Below, in pieces: positions 26,905 to 36,226 of a stretch of 64,000 nucleotides of DNA. This stretch comes from Clostridia bacterium (GTDB lineage: Bacteria; Bacillota; Clostridia; RGIG6154). Numbering within the stretch: the stretch's first letter is position 1; every line of letters begins with the position of its first letter. A program made the translations under genes and the position numbers. The notes beneath the pieces were generated by a model. That model was not told the origin of the DNA. It ran no database searches and saw only the letters and a list, made by a program, of their open reading frames with translations. The stretch spans positions 2,924-66,923 of the forward strand of contig JAZUPZ010000007.1 of assembly GCA_045605445.1 (NCBI GenBank), given 5' to 3'.

Positions 26905-27963
26905 ATGGATATTAAAATTACAAAAACAACTAATCCAAAAGCAAAACCAACAGGAAAATTAGGCTTCGGTAAAGTGTTTACTGACCATATGTTCGTAATG
27001 AACTACACCGAAGGTAAAGGCTGGCACGATGCAAGAGTGGTACCTTATGAAAAGCTTACTCTTGACCCGTCAGCAATGGTTTTCCATTACGGTCAGGAAA
27101 TGTTTGAAGGTCTTAAGGCTTATAAGGGCGCAGACGGAAAGGTAAGACTTTTCAGACCTGATATGAATGCAAAAAGAACTAACGATACTAACAAACGTCT
27201 TTGCATTCCTCAGCTTCCCGAAGAAGATTTCGTAGAAGCAGTTAAGGCAGTAGTTAAGGTTGACGAAGACTGGGTTCCCACAGAAGACGGAACATCGCTT
27301 TATATCAGACCTTTCATTATTGCAACAGACGAATTTTTAGGAGTTGCTCCTTCAAAAACATATCTCTTTATTATAATTCTTTCACCAAGCGGAGCTTACT
27401 ATGAAAGCGGTCTTGCTCCCGTTGGTATCTGGATTGAAGACGACTATGTAAGAGCAGTAAGAGGCGGAATGGGCTTTGCAAAAACAGGCGGAAACTATGC
27501 AGCAAGCCTTGCAGCTCAGGTTAAGGCTCACGACGACGGTTATTCTCAGGTTCTCTGGCTCGACGGCGTTGAAAGAAAATATATCGAAGAGGTTGGCGCA
27601 ATGAACATCTTCTTCAAAATTGACGGAAAAATCGTTACACCAATGCTCAACGGAAGTATTCTTCCCGGTATTACAAGAAACTCTGTAATTCAGCTCTGCA
27701 AAAACTGGGGATTTGAAGTTGAAGAAAGAAAGGTAAGCGTTGATGAGCTTATCGAAGCTCAGAAGAGCGGAAAGCTTGAAGAATGCTTCGGAACAGGTAC
27801 AGCGGCAGTTATTTCTCCTGTAGGAAAGCTCCGTTATAAAGACGATGTTATGCTTATCAACAACAATGAAATCGGCGAAATCAGCCAGAAGCTCTATAAT
27901 ACCATTACCGGTATTCAGTGGGGCAAAATTGAGGATGAAAACAAATGGACGGTAGAAGTTTAA
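26905..27963 (+). CDS. ilvE: Branched-chain amino acid aminotransferase
   Basis: 352 aa PLP fold-type IV enzyme. FGKVFTDHM is the BCAT N-terminal signature. Confidence 0.85.
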   Translation: MDIKITKTTNPKAKPTGKLGFGKVFTDHMFVMNYTEGKGWHDARVVPYEKLTLDPSAMVFHYGQEMFEGLKAYKGADGKVRLFRPDMNAKRTNDTNKRLCIPQLPEEDFVEAVKAVVKVDEDWVPTEDGTSLYIRPFIIATDEFLGVAPSKTYLFIIILSPSGAYYESGLAPVGIWIEDDYVRAVRGGMGFAKTGGNYAASLAAQVKAHDDGYSQVLWLDGVERKYIEEVGAMNIFFKIDGKIVTPMLNGSILPGITRNSVIQLCKNWGFEVEERKVSVDELIEAQKSGKLEECFGTGTAAVISPVGKLRYKDDVMLINNNEIGEISQKLYNTITGIQWGKIEDENKWTVEV

Positions 27964-28637
27964 AAAGAATATCTGTCTTTGCAGGTCACTACGGAAGCGG
28001 GAAAACAAATATTGCGGTAAATTACGCAATAATGCTTAAGGCTGAAGGCAAGGAGGTTTCAATAACCGACCTTGACATTGTAAATCCCTATTTCAGAACA
28101 AAGGACTCTCAGGAGGTTCTTGAGGAAAAGGGAATAAGGCTTATTTCTTCTCCTTATGCAAATACCAATGTAGATACTCCTGCCCTCCCCGGCGATGCTT
28201 ATACTGCTTTTGAAAACAGGGAAATGTATGCGGTTGTTGACGTGGGCGGCGACGACAGAGGCGCTCTTGCCCTGGGAAGATATGTTCCCCAAATGGTGGA
28301 AGAGAACAACTACGAAATGTTTTTCGTCATAAATAAACACAGATTTTTAACCTCCGATGCAAAATCAACGGTTGAAGTAATGAGAGAAATCGAAGAGGCG
28401 GCAGGGGTTAAGTTTACAGCAATAGTAAATAATTCAAACATCGGTGAGGAAACAACCAAAAAAACGGTTCTCGATTCCGTTGCCTATGCAAACGAGGTTG
28501 CAGAGCTTACCGGTTTAGATGTGAAAATGACAACAGTCGACCGAAGACTTTTCGGGGAACTGGAGTCGCAAATTAAAAATTTACAACCAATCGATTTGTA
28601 TGTAAGACAATCCTGGTTGAGAAAAGAGGTAAAATAA
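27945..28637 (+). CDS. P-loop ATPase (MinD/ParA/CooC-like)
   Basis: GHYGSGKTN Walker A motif. 230 aa, operonic with the VOR subunits. Confidence 0.5.
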   Translation: MDGRSLKRISVFAGHYGSGKTNIAVNYAIMLKAEGKEVSITDLDIVNPYFRTKDSQEVLEEKGIRLISSPYANTNVDTPALPGDAYTAFENREMYAVVDVGGDDRGALALGRYVPQMVEENNYEMFFVINKHRFLTSDAKSTVEVMREIEEAAGVKFTAIVNNSNIGEETTKKTVLDSVAYANEVAELTGLDVKMTTVDRRLFGELESQIKNLQPIDLYVRQSWLRKEVK

Positions 28638-28840
28638 TGGCAAAAGTTTCATTTAATGAAAATCTTTGTAAAGGCTGCGGACTTTGCGTAACAGCCTGCC
28701 CGAAGAAAATTGTGGAATTAAAAGATACTCTTAATGCAAAGGGTTACCGTGTTGCAGGCGTTGAAAAACAGAGCGAATGCATTGGCTGTGCATTCTGCGC
28801 AACTATGTGTCCCGACTGCGTAATTACGGTTGAAAAGTAA
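28637..28840 (+). CDS. vorD: 2-oxoacid:ferredoxin oxidoreductase delta subunit (2x[4Fe-4S] ferredoxin)
   Basis: 67 aa with two CxxCxxCxxxCP motifs. Confidence 0.8.
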   Translation: MAKVSFNENLCKGCGLCVTACPKKIVELKDTLNAKGYRVAGVEKQSECIGCAFCATMCPDCVITVEK

Positions 28841-28853
28841 GGAGGAAAAACAA

Positions 28854-29924
28854 ATGTCAGAAAAAGTATTGATGAAGGGCAACGAGGCTATGGCTGAAGC
28901 TGCTATTATGGCAGGCTGCAGACATTACTTCGGATACCCCATTACCCCGCAAACAGAGGTTGCGGCATATATGTCAAAAAGAATGCCTAAAATTGAAGGC
29001 GGCGTATTCCTGCAGGCTGAAAGTGAAATTGCGGCAATAAATATGGTTATCGGTGTAGCTTCAACAGGTAAGAGAGTAATGACCTCTTCCTCAAGCCCCG
29101 GAATTTCCCTTAAGAGTGAAGGTCTTTCATATCTTGCAGGCTGCGACCTTCCTGCTCTTATTGTTAACGTTCAGAGAGGCGGCCCCGGACTTGGTGGAAT
29201 TCAGCCTTCTCAGTCAGACTATTTCCAGGCTACAAAGGGCGGCGGACACGGCGATTTCCATATGCTGGTTCTCGCTCCTGCTTCAATTCAGGAAATGGTT
29301 GACCTTACCTTCAAGGGCTTCGACCTTGCAGAAAAATACAGAATGCCCGCAATGCTCCTTGCCGACGGAACAATGGGCCAGATGATGGAACCTGTTTCTC
29401 TCGATTCAGGCGTTGTAAATGAATACGACAAATCCTGGGCACTTACAGGAACAAAGGGCGAAAGAAAACGCAACATTGTAAACTCTCTCTTTATCAAACC
29501 CGAAGAGCTTGAGGTTCTTAATATTGAAAGATATAAGAGATATGAAATTATCGAAAAAACCGAAGCAATGTACGACGAATATCTTATGGAAGATGCAGAA
29601 TACTGCGTAGTAGCATTTGGTATTGCGGCAAGAGTTGCTCAGAATGCAATTGACGAAGCAAGAAAGAAGGGCATTAAAATCGGTATGATTAGACCAATTA
29701 CCCTCTGGCCGTTCCCGAAGGATGTTCTTAACAAAGCTGCTGACAAGGTTAAAGCATTTATTTCAGTTGAGCTCAATATGGGACAAATGCTTGAAGACGT
29801 TGAGCTTGCAATTCGTTGCAAGAAGCCCGTTCACCTTTGCTGCAGAACAGGCGGTATGATTCCTACAACCCAGAACGTTCTGGATAAAATTGAGGAAGTA
29901 GTAAAAATGGGAGGTGCTGAATAA
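28854..29924 (+). CDS. vorA: 2-oxoacid (2-ketoisovalerate):ferredoxin oxidoreductase alpha subunit
   Basis: KorA/VorA-family pyruvate-flavodoxin domain. RBS GGAGGA. Confidence 0.8.
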   Translation: MSEKVLMKGNEAMAEAAIMAGCRHYFGYPITPQTEVAAYMSKRMPKIEGGVFLQAESEIAAINMVIGVASTGKRVMTSSSSPGISLKSEGLSYLAGCDLPALIVNVQRGGPGLGGIQPSQSDYFQATKGGGHGDFHMLVLAPASIQEMVDLTFKGFDLAEKYRMPAMLLADGTMGQMMEPVSLDSGVVNEYDKSWALTGTKGERKRNIVNSLFIKPEELEVLNIERYKRYEIIEKTEAMYDEYLMEDAEYCVVAFGIAARVAQNAIDEARKKGIKIGMIRPITLWPFPKDVLNKAADKVKAFISVELNMGQMLEDVELAIRCKKPVHLCCRTGGMIPTTQNVLDKIEEVVKMGGAE

Positions 29925-30655
29925 TGACAGTATTTGAAAAACCGAAGGCTCTTACAGATGCAGTTCTTCACTATTGCCCCGGTTGTACCCACGGTATTAT
30001 TCACAGGCTTGTTGCTGAAGCAATTGACGAGCTTGGAATTGCCGGCAGAACAATTGGTGTTGCATCGGTAGGATGCTCAGTATTTACATACAATTATTTT
30101 GATGTTGATATGGTTCAGGCGGCTCACGGTAGAGCTCCGGCTGTAGCAACAGGCGTTAAACGTTCCGATCCGAACAATATCGTTTTCACCTATCAGGGCG
30201 ACGGCGACCTTGCGGCTATCGGAACAGCTGAAACAGTTCACAGCGCTGCAAGAGGCGAAAATATTACAGTTATTTTCGTAAACAACGCAATTTACGGTAT
30301 GACAGGCGGTCAGATGGCTCCGACAACTCTCCCCGGTCAGGTAACTCAGACCTCTCCCTACGGAAGAGATGTTGAAAAGGTTGGTTATCCTATAAAGGTT
30401 TGCGAAATGCTTTCTCAGGTTGACGGCGCAACATACTTAGAAAGAGTTGCAGTTAACAACGTTAAAAATGTAAAAGCTGCAAAAGCGGCAATTAAAAAAG
30501 CATTCCAGAACCAGATTGAAGGAAAAGGCTTCTCTTTGGTTGAAGTTCTTTCAACCTGTCCTACAAACTGGGGTATGGCTCCCGACAAGGCTATTAACTG
30601 GCTGGAGGAAAATATGTTACCGTATTATCCTTTGGGTGTCTATAAAGATAAATAA
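29924..30655 (+). CDS. vorB: 2-oxoacid:ferredoxin oxidoreductase beta subunit (TPP-binding)
   Basis: 243 aa with the TPP motif GDGDLAAIG. Confidence 0.8.
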   Translation: MTVFEKPKALTDAVLHYCPGCTHGIIHRLVAEAIDELGIAGRTIGVASVGCSVFTYNYFDVDMVQAAHGRAPAVATGVKRSDPNNIVFTYQGDGDLAAIGTAETVHSAARGENITVIFVNNAIYGMTGGQMAPTTLPGQVTQTSPYGRDVEKVGYPIKVCEMLSQVDGATYLERVAVNNVKNVKAAKAAIKKAFQNQIEGKGFSLVEVLSTCPTNWGMAPDKAINWLEENMLPYYPLGVYKDK

Positions 30656-30661
30656 TGTCGG

Positions 30662-30752
30662 CTAAATTTGTCCATATTGCACCTTTGCCTGCCCCCTCGA
30701 GTACACAAAGTACACTTTGGGCAGACAAATGCACAATCTGAATCAAATTTAT
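30662..30752 (+). repeat. B-type modular repeat copy inserted between vorB and vorC
   Basis: AAATTTGTCCATATTGCAC-CTTTGCCTGCCCC-CTCGAGTACACAAAGTACAC-TTTGGGCAGACAAATG-CACAATCTGAATCAAATTT. Confidence 0.6.
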
Positions 30753-30917
30753 TTCGACTTAAACAGTCAGTTTTCTTTGAAAGCTGAAGCGAATAGATAA
30801 TAGTTCGGGCAGAATTTCTTTGAGATAAAAGCAAATCCGAAGGTTTTGCACGTCAACTATTAACTATTCGTTATTCACTATTAACTATTCGTTAATTTTC
30901 GGAAAGGAATAATAACA

Positions 30918-31454
30918 ATGAATAAACAAATTTTAATCGCCGGCTTCGGCGGACAGGGAATTTTGTTCTCAGGAAAATTCCTTGCATATGAAGGCCTTAT
31001 CGACGGTAAAGAGGTTTCCTGGCTTCCTTCTTATGGTCCTGAAATGAGAGGCGGTACCGCAAACTGCAGCATTATTTTAAGCGATGCTAAAATCGGCTCA
31101 CCAATCGTTGACCAGCCCGACATTTTAATTGCAATGAATGCACCTTCTTTTGATAAATATATTAACGATGTTAAGCCCGGCGGACAGGTATTTATCGACA
31201 GCTCCCTTATCGACCAGAAATGCGAAAGAAACGATATTGAGGCTTATTATATCCCCGCAACAAAAATTGCATCGGATGAAGGACTTACAGGTCTTGCAAA
31301 TATGATTATGATTGGTCTTCTTATTAAAAAGGCAGACATTATGCCTTATGAAAATATTGAAAAGGCAATGAAAAAAGTTGTTCCTGCCAAAAAGCAGAAT
31401 TTGTTCGACCTTAATATGAAGGCAATAGAAATTGGTTATAACTACGAAGCGTAA
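30918..31454 (+). CDS. vorC: 2-oxoacid:ferredoxin oxidoreductase gamma subunit
   Basis: 178 aa with the gamma-subunit family N-terminus ILIAGFGGQG. Confidence 0.8.
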   Translation: MNKQILIAGFGGQGILFSGKFLAYEGLIDGKEVSWLPSYGPEMRGGTANCSIILSDAKIGSPIVDQPDILIAMNAPSFDKYINDVKPGGQVFIDSSLIDQKCERNDIEAYYIPATKIASDEGLTGLANMIMIGLLIKKADIMPYENIEKAMKKVVPAKKQNLFDLNMKAIEIGYNYEA

Positions 31455-31468
31455 AGGGGTTTATAGTT

Positions 31469-32020
31469 ATGAATAATCAGATTAAAGATATAGGTATGCG
31501 TCTTGCTTTTCTTCGTGAGGAGGCTGAATTTTCAGAAAAGGAAATGGCTGAAAAATTAGGCGTTGACGAGGAAACCTACAAAGCCTACGAAAACGGGGAA
31601 AAAGACTTTTCCTTCAGTGTTATTTACAATGCGGCTGAAATTTTAGGCGTTGACGTTCTCGACCTTATCAGCGGAAGCGCGCCAACCCTTTCAATGTGCT
31701 GTATGGTGAAAAAGGGCAAGGGCTACTCCGTTAAAAGAGAAGACGAATACGACTATAAGCATCTGGCGTACACCTTCCGCAACAAAAAAGCGGAGCCCTT
31801 CCTTGTAACAATAACTCCCGACGATAAGCCTCCTGTTATGCACGGGCACGAGGGTCAGGAATTCAACTATGTAATTTCGGGAAAAATGATGCTTTATATA
31901 GGCGACATTTCATACGAGCTTTCAAAAGGCGACAGTGTTTATTTTGATTCAAGCGTACCTCATGCAGAGGTAGCCCTCGGCGATAAGGAAGCTCAGTTTA
32001 TCGCCGTAGTTATTAAATAA
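31469..32020 (+). CDS. XRE-family HTH regulator with a C-terminal cupin domain
   Basis: N-terminal Cro/C1 HTH plus a cupin with HGHEGQE...H motifs. Confidence 0.65.
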   Translation: MNNQIKDIGMRLAFLREEAEFSEKEMAEKLGVDEETYKAYENGEKDFSFSVIYNAAEILGVDVLDLISGSAPTLSMCCMVKKGKGYSVKREDEYDYKHLAYTFRNKKAEPFLVTITPDDKPPVMHGHEGQEFNYVISGKMMLYIGDISYELSKGDSVYFDSSVPHAEVALGDKEAQFIAVVIK

Positions 32021-32044
32021 AACACTTAAGCGGAGGAGATTCCA

Positions 32045-33745
32045 ATGGCTATATATGAAAAATATGTGGGCGCTTCAAGAGACGAGTTTTTGTCTCTTAA
32101 AGATGCTCAGAAAAACTTTAAACTTGCATATCCCGACGATTTCAACTTTGCCTACGATGTAGTTGACGAGCTGGCAAAAACAAAGCCCGACAAGCTTGCA
32201 ATGCTCTGGGTATCTAAAAACGGAGAAGAAAAACGCTTTACCTTTAAAGACCTTATGGTTTATTCAAACAAAGCGGCAAACTACTTTAATTATATGGGAA
32301 TTAAAAAGGGAGATGCGGTTCTTCTTGTTCTCAAAAGAAGCTACTTCTTCTGGTTCTGTATGCTGGGGCTTCATAAAATCGGAGCCGTTGCGGTTCAGGC
32401 AACCAATATGCTTAAGGCAAAGGACTACGTTTACCGTTGCAATGCGGCAAAAATAAAGGCCGTTGTTTTAACGGGCGATTCCGACGAAACAGAAGAGTTC
32501 GACAAAATGCAGGACTCTTACGAAACTGTTGAAAAGAAGTTTGTTATAGGTCACAAAAAGGCGGAAGGCTGGATTGACTTTGAAGAGGGAATAGAGCTTG
32601 CAAATGCCGACTGGGTAAGACCCAAAGGCAAGCAGGGCACAACTGCCGAAGATACAATGCTTATGTCCTTCTCTTCGGGAACCTCGGGCTATCCTAAAAT
32701 TATTACTCATAATTTCAAATATCCTTTAGGTCATATAATGACAGGTGTTTTCTGGCACAGAGTTGTAGATGGCGGAATTCACTTTACCATTTCCGATACC
32801 GGCTGGCTTAAATCCCTCTGGGGTAAATTTTACGGTCAGTGGTTCGGAGAATCGGCAGTTTTTGTTTACGACTTTGAAAAGTTCGACGGTGCCGACATTC
32901 TTTCAAAAATGGAAAAATATAATATAACAACCTTCTGCGCGCCTCCTACAATGTACCGTATGATGCTGCAGAATGAAGTTAAAAATTACAATCTTTCTTC
33001 TCTTGTTCACTGCTGTACGGCAGGAGAGGCGCTTAATCCGGAAATCTTCAACAGATGGAAGGAGGCAACGGGGCTTAAAATTTATGAGGGCTTCGGTCAG
33101 ACCGAAACAACCCTTTGTATTGCAACAATTTATCCCTGGTCAGAGCCTGTTCCCGGCGCAATCGGCTATGCCGTTCCCGGCTATGATGTTCACATTCTTG
33201 ATGAAAACGACGAGTCTTGCCCAAGAGGTGCAACGGGAGAAATAAGCATAAGAGTTTTAAGCAAATCAAGAAAAACCTGCGGTCTTCTTGATACTTATAA
33301 TATGAGTGCAGAGGACACCGCCGTTTCCCTTCACGACGGCTTTTATCATACCGGCGACACAGCTTACCGTGATGAAACCGGAATGTTCCGTTATGTTGGC
33401 AGAAATGACGACGTTATAAAATCCTCAGGTTACCGTATAGGGCCCTTTGAAATTGAAAGCGTTCTTGTGGAGCATCCTGCCGTTGTTGAGGTTGCCGTAA
33501 CCGGCGTTCCCGACAAGGTGAGAGGCTTTGCGGTAAAGGCAACAATTGTTCTTGCCAAAGGCTACGAGCCTTCCGAAGAGCTTACAAAAGAGCTTCAGAA
33601 ATATGTTAAAGACAATACGGCTCCTTATAAATATCCAAGAGTGGTTGAATATGTTCAGGCACTTCCAAAAACCTTTAACGGTAAAATCCGCCGTCGTGAA
33701 ATAAGAGATAACGATGCGGAAAATTACAAAGCAGCGGAGAAATAA
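32045..33745 (+). CDS. AMP-forming acyl-CoA synthetase (medium/short-chain type)
   Basis: 566 aa AMP-binding enzyme with SSGTSGYPK and a C-terminal ANL domain. Confidence 0.7.
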   Translation: MAIYEKYVGASRDEFLSLKDAQKNFKLAYPDDFNFAYDVVDELAKTKPDKLAMLWVSKNGEEKRFTFKDLMVYSNKAANYFNYMGIKKGDAVLLVLKRSYFFWFCMLGLHKIGAVAVQATNMLKAKDYVYRCNAAKIKAVVLTGDSDETEEFDKMQDSYETVEKKFVIGHKKAEGWIDFEEGIELANADWVRPKGKQGTTAEDTMLMSFSSGTSGYPKIITHNFKYPLGHIMTGVFWHRVVDGGIHFTISDTGWLKSLWGKFYGQWFGESAVFVYDFEKFDGADILSKMEKYNITTFCAPPTMYRMMLQNEVKNYNLSSLVHCCTAGEALNPEIFNRWKEATGLKIYEGFGQTETTLCIATIYPWSEPVPGAIGYAVPGYDVHILDENDESCPRGATGEISIRVLSKSRKTCGLLDTYNMSAEDTAVSLHDGFYHTGDTAYRDETGMFRYVGRNDDVIKSSGYRIGPFEIESVLVEHPAVVEVAVTGVPDKVRGFAVKATIVLAKGYEPSEELTKELQKYVKDNTAPYKYPRVVEYVQALPKTFNGKIRRREIRDNDAENYKAAEK

Positions 33746-33748
33746 AAA

Positions 33749-34450
33749 ATGATTAACCGTGAAAATTTATATTCAGATTTTTCAAACTGTATGTTTGATG
33801 CGGTCGTAAAGCTTGACCCTTACAGCGGAATTCTTTATGTGGCGCACTTTAAAAGCACTCCCGCTTTTAAGGGGAATGAATATACCTTTGAGCAGGCAAT
33901 AAAATATCTTGAAAAAAGGCTGGTTATTGATACAAACAACGTTTGCCTTATAACCTTAGACGAGCTTAAAAGACTGGTTGAGAAAAACTCGGGAAGAACG
34001 AGATACCGCTTTTCTGCCCTGACAAGACCAAACATTGCCAAAAAATACGATTTGCTTCTTGCTCCCGACAGCGAAAATAAGGTTGTTTACTGCGCCGTTA
34101 AAGCGTGCACAGTGTATGAAAATACAATAACCTTTATGACAAAAAAAACTGCCGCAAACTTTAATATATGCGACATAGTTTACGTTGGTTACGGTAACCA
34201 CTGCGTTGAAATTCATACAGAAAATGAACAAAGCAATATGTTCAATATTTCCTTTAACGATGCGGCGGAAATTCTTTTAGAGCACGACTGCTTCGTAAGA
34301 AGCTATAAAAACTGTCTTGTTAATATGGACAATGTGGTTAAAATTGAAGACGATACCTTTTTTATGAATAACGGCGCTTATCTTACCATTCCCAAAAGAA
34401 GGCTGAAGGAAATTACAAATATTTATAACGAATATAAAATTTTAAAATAA
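33749..34450 (+). CDS. LytTR-family DNA-binding protein
   Basis: C-terminal LytTR domain (ICDIVYVGYGNHCVEIHT...FVRSYKNCLVNMDNV). Confidence 0.55.
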   Translation: MINRENLYSDFSNCMFDAVVKLDPYSGILYVAHFKSTPAFKGNEYTFEQAIKYLEKRLVIDTNNVCLITLDELKRLVEKNSGRTRYRFSALTRPNIAKKYDLLLAPDSENKVVYCAVKACTVYENTITFMTKKTAANFNICDIVYVGYGNHCVEIHTENEQSNMFNISFNDAAEILLEHDCFVRSYKNCLVNMDNVVKIEDDTFFMNNGAYLTIPKRRLKEITNIYNEYKILK

Positions 34451-34451
34451 G

Positions 34452-34488
34452 ACTGTAAAAGCAGTCTTGTTTTTTTGCCGTTATTATT
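34452..34488 (+). terminator. Rho-independent terminator
   Basis: AGACTGTAAAAGCAGTCT hairpin followed by T7. Confidence 0.7.
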
Positions 34489-34583
34489 ATAAAATAATAT
34501 ATGAATAAGATAAACACAGTTACAGGGAAAAGCTTTTCTTTCCGTTGTGTTTACAGCAACTTTAAGTATAAGGAGGATGCTTT

Positions 34584-36167
34584 ATGAAAAAAACAATAAT
34601 ATTTATTCTTGTGCTTTGTATGCTTTTTTCCGTTCAACCGGTAACTGCAACAGAGGAGACGGGTGAAGTAAAGGATATAACCGTTGTTGTTGGCGGAGAG
34701 AAGATTAAGTGCGACGTTGCCCCATTTATGGTGAACGACAGAACAATGCTTCCCGTAAGAGCTGTTTTTGAGGCAATCGGAGCTGAGGTTTCATGGGATG
34801 AGTCAGCTCAGAAGGTTACTGCAAAAAAAGAAAACACAACGGTTGAAATTGTAATAGGAAGCAATATAATTAAAATAAACGGCGAAGAAAAAATAATCGA
34901 TGTTCCCGCAATGGAAAAGAACGGCAGAACCTTTGTTCCCGTAAGAGCCTGCGCCGAAGCCTTTGGTTTTAAGGTTAACTGGTACGAGGGTGCAAATATG
35001 ATAAAGCTTGTAGAGGAAGCCTGGGTAATAAGCAGAGAGGAAAACTATTACGGCTTTACGGAATATAAATATAATCCCAACGGAACCCGGTCATGTATTT
35101 ATTCCGAAAAGAAAACAGGCGAGTGGGAAAAAGAAGAATACAATCTTGCAGGAAAGCTTATATTGGTAGACAACTCCGACGGAGAATGGATAAAATATTA
35201 TTATGACCACGAAGGTAACTGTATTTTTGTACTCAGCTATGAAGGAAGCTGGATGAATTATGCTTATGATGCCAACGGAAATATGACCTATGAAAATGAA
35301 GACGGAATGGGTTGGATGAGAAAAACTTATGACGAGCAGGGAAGATTGAAAACTATGGAGCTCCCGGGACAAAAAACGGAATATGTTTACACCGATGATG
35401 GATATACAACATATTTTGAAAATAAATGGGGAGAGGAATGGGTAAATAAATACGACAAAAACGACAATTTGCTCTCAGCCGATCTTGTATCAGATGTAGC
35501 CGATTATCGTACCAAGGATAAATACGGTAACATTCTTATCGTAAGTCACAGCGCAGGAAAGTATGAAATAAAAAAATACAGCAGAGACGGAGCTCCGCTT
35601 GGAACCTACAGCACAGAAGGACCTTACATAGTCAGAAAGTATAATGAAAACGGCAAAATAATAAAAGAGGAAACCGCCTTTGGTCTGGTTGAGGTTTACG
35701 AATACGACGAAAAGGGTAACCTACTTTCTGTGACCTCTTCCGATAACAACGGTGAAAAATATATCTATGACGAGGCAGGAAATAAAATACATTTTGAAAA
35801 AGAAAACGGATATTTCGAAAAATATGAATATGACAAAATGGGGAATATTATTTATTTCGATACCTCCGATAAGCCATGGGAAAAGTATGAATACGACGAG
35901 GCGGGCAATAAAACATATTTTGAAAATGAAAACGGATATTTTGAGAAATATGAATATGATGAAAAGGGCAACCTTCTGAGTTATTCAGATTATTATAAAA
36001 AGACAAAAAACTATACCTATGACGAACGTGGAAATCTGATATATTATGAAGATTCCGACGGATACTGGACAAAGTATGAGTATGACGAAAACAACAATTT
36101 GATATACAAAAAAACTCAGCGTTTTGACGAAGAATTCAAATATGAATATATAAAAATAGAAAGATAA
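34584..36167 (+). CDS. Secreted YD-repeat protein with two N-terminal copper-amine-oxidase-N-like (cell-surface) domains
   Basis: Signal peptide, two CuAO-N-type domains (DRTMLPVRAVFEAIGAEV, GRTFVPVRACAEAFG), then at least 9 YDxxGN repeats. Confidence 0.55.
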   Translation: MKKTIIFILVLCMLFSVQPVTATEETGEVKDITVVVGGEKIKCDVAPFMVNDRTMLPVRAVFEAIGAEVSWDESAQKVTAKKENTTVEIVIGSNIIKINGEEKIIDVPAMEKNGRTFVPVRACAEAFGFKVNWYEGANMIKLVEEAWVISREENYYGFTEYKYNPNGTRSCIYSEKKTGEWEKEEYNLAGKLILVDNSDGEWIKYYYDHEGNCIFVLSYEGSWMNYAYDANGNMTYENEDGMGWMRKTYDEQGRLKTMELPGQKTEYVYTDDGYTTYFENKWGEEWVNKYDKNDNLLSADLVSDVADYRTKDKYGNILIVSHSAGKYEIKKYSRDGAPLGTYSTEGPYIVRKYNENGKIIKEETAFGLVEVYEYDEKGNLLSVTSSDNNGEKYIYDEAGNKIHFEKENGYFEKYEYDKMGNIIYFDTSDKPWEKYEYDEAGNKTYFENENGYFEKYEYDEKGNLLSYSDYYKKTKNYTYDERGNLIYYEDSDGYWTKYEYDENNNLIYKKTQRFDEEFKYEYIKIER

Positions 36168-36215
36168 AACAAACCCTCTCAGGTGTGCTGCAATAAGCAT
36201 CTGAGAGGGTTTTTG
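36168..36215. terminator. Bidirectional terminator between convergent genes
   Basis: CCCTCTCAG...CTGAGAGGG hairpin with T-run. Confidence 0.65.
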
Positions 36216-36226
36216 TTCTATTCTTT

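Noticed and set aside
34584-36167. Rhs/polymorphic toxin
   Set aside because: YD repeats are present, but the protein is only 527 aa. It lacks the Rhs core, the PxxxxDPxGL cleavage motif and any C-terminal toxin domain or downstream immunity gene, so it is more likely a surface-anchored YD-repeat protein.
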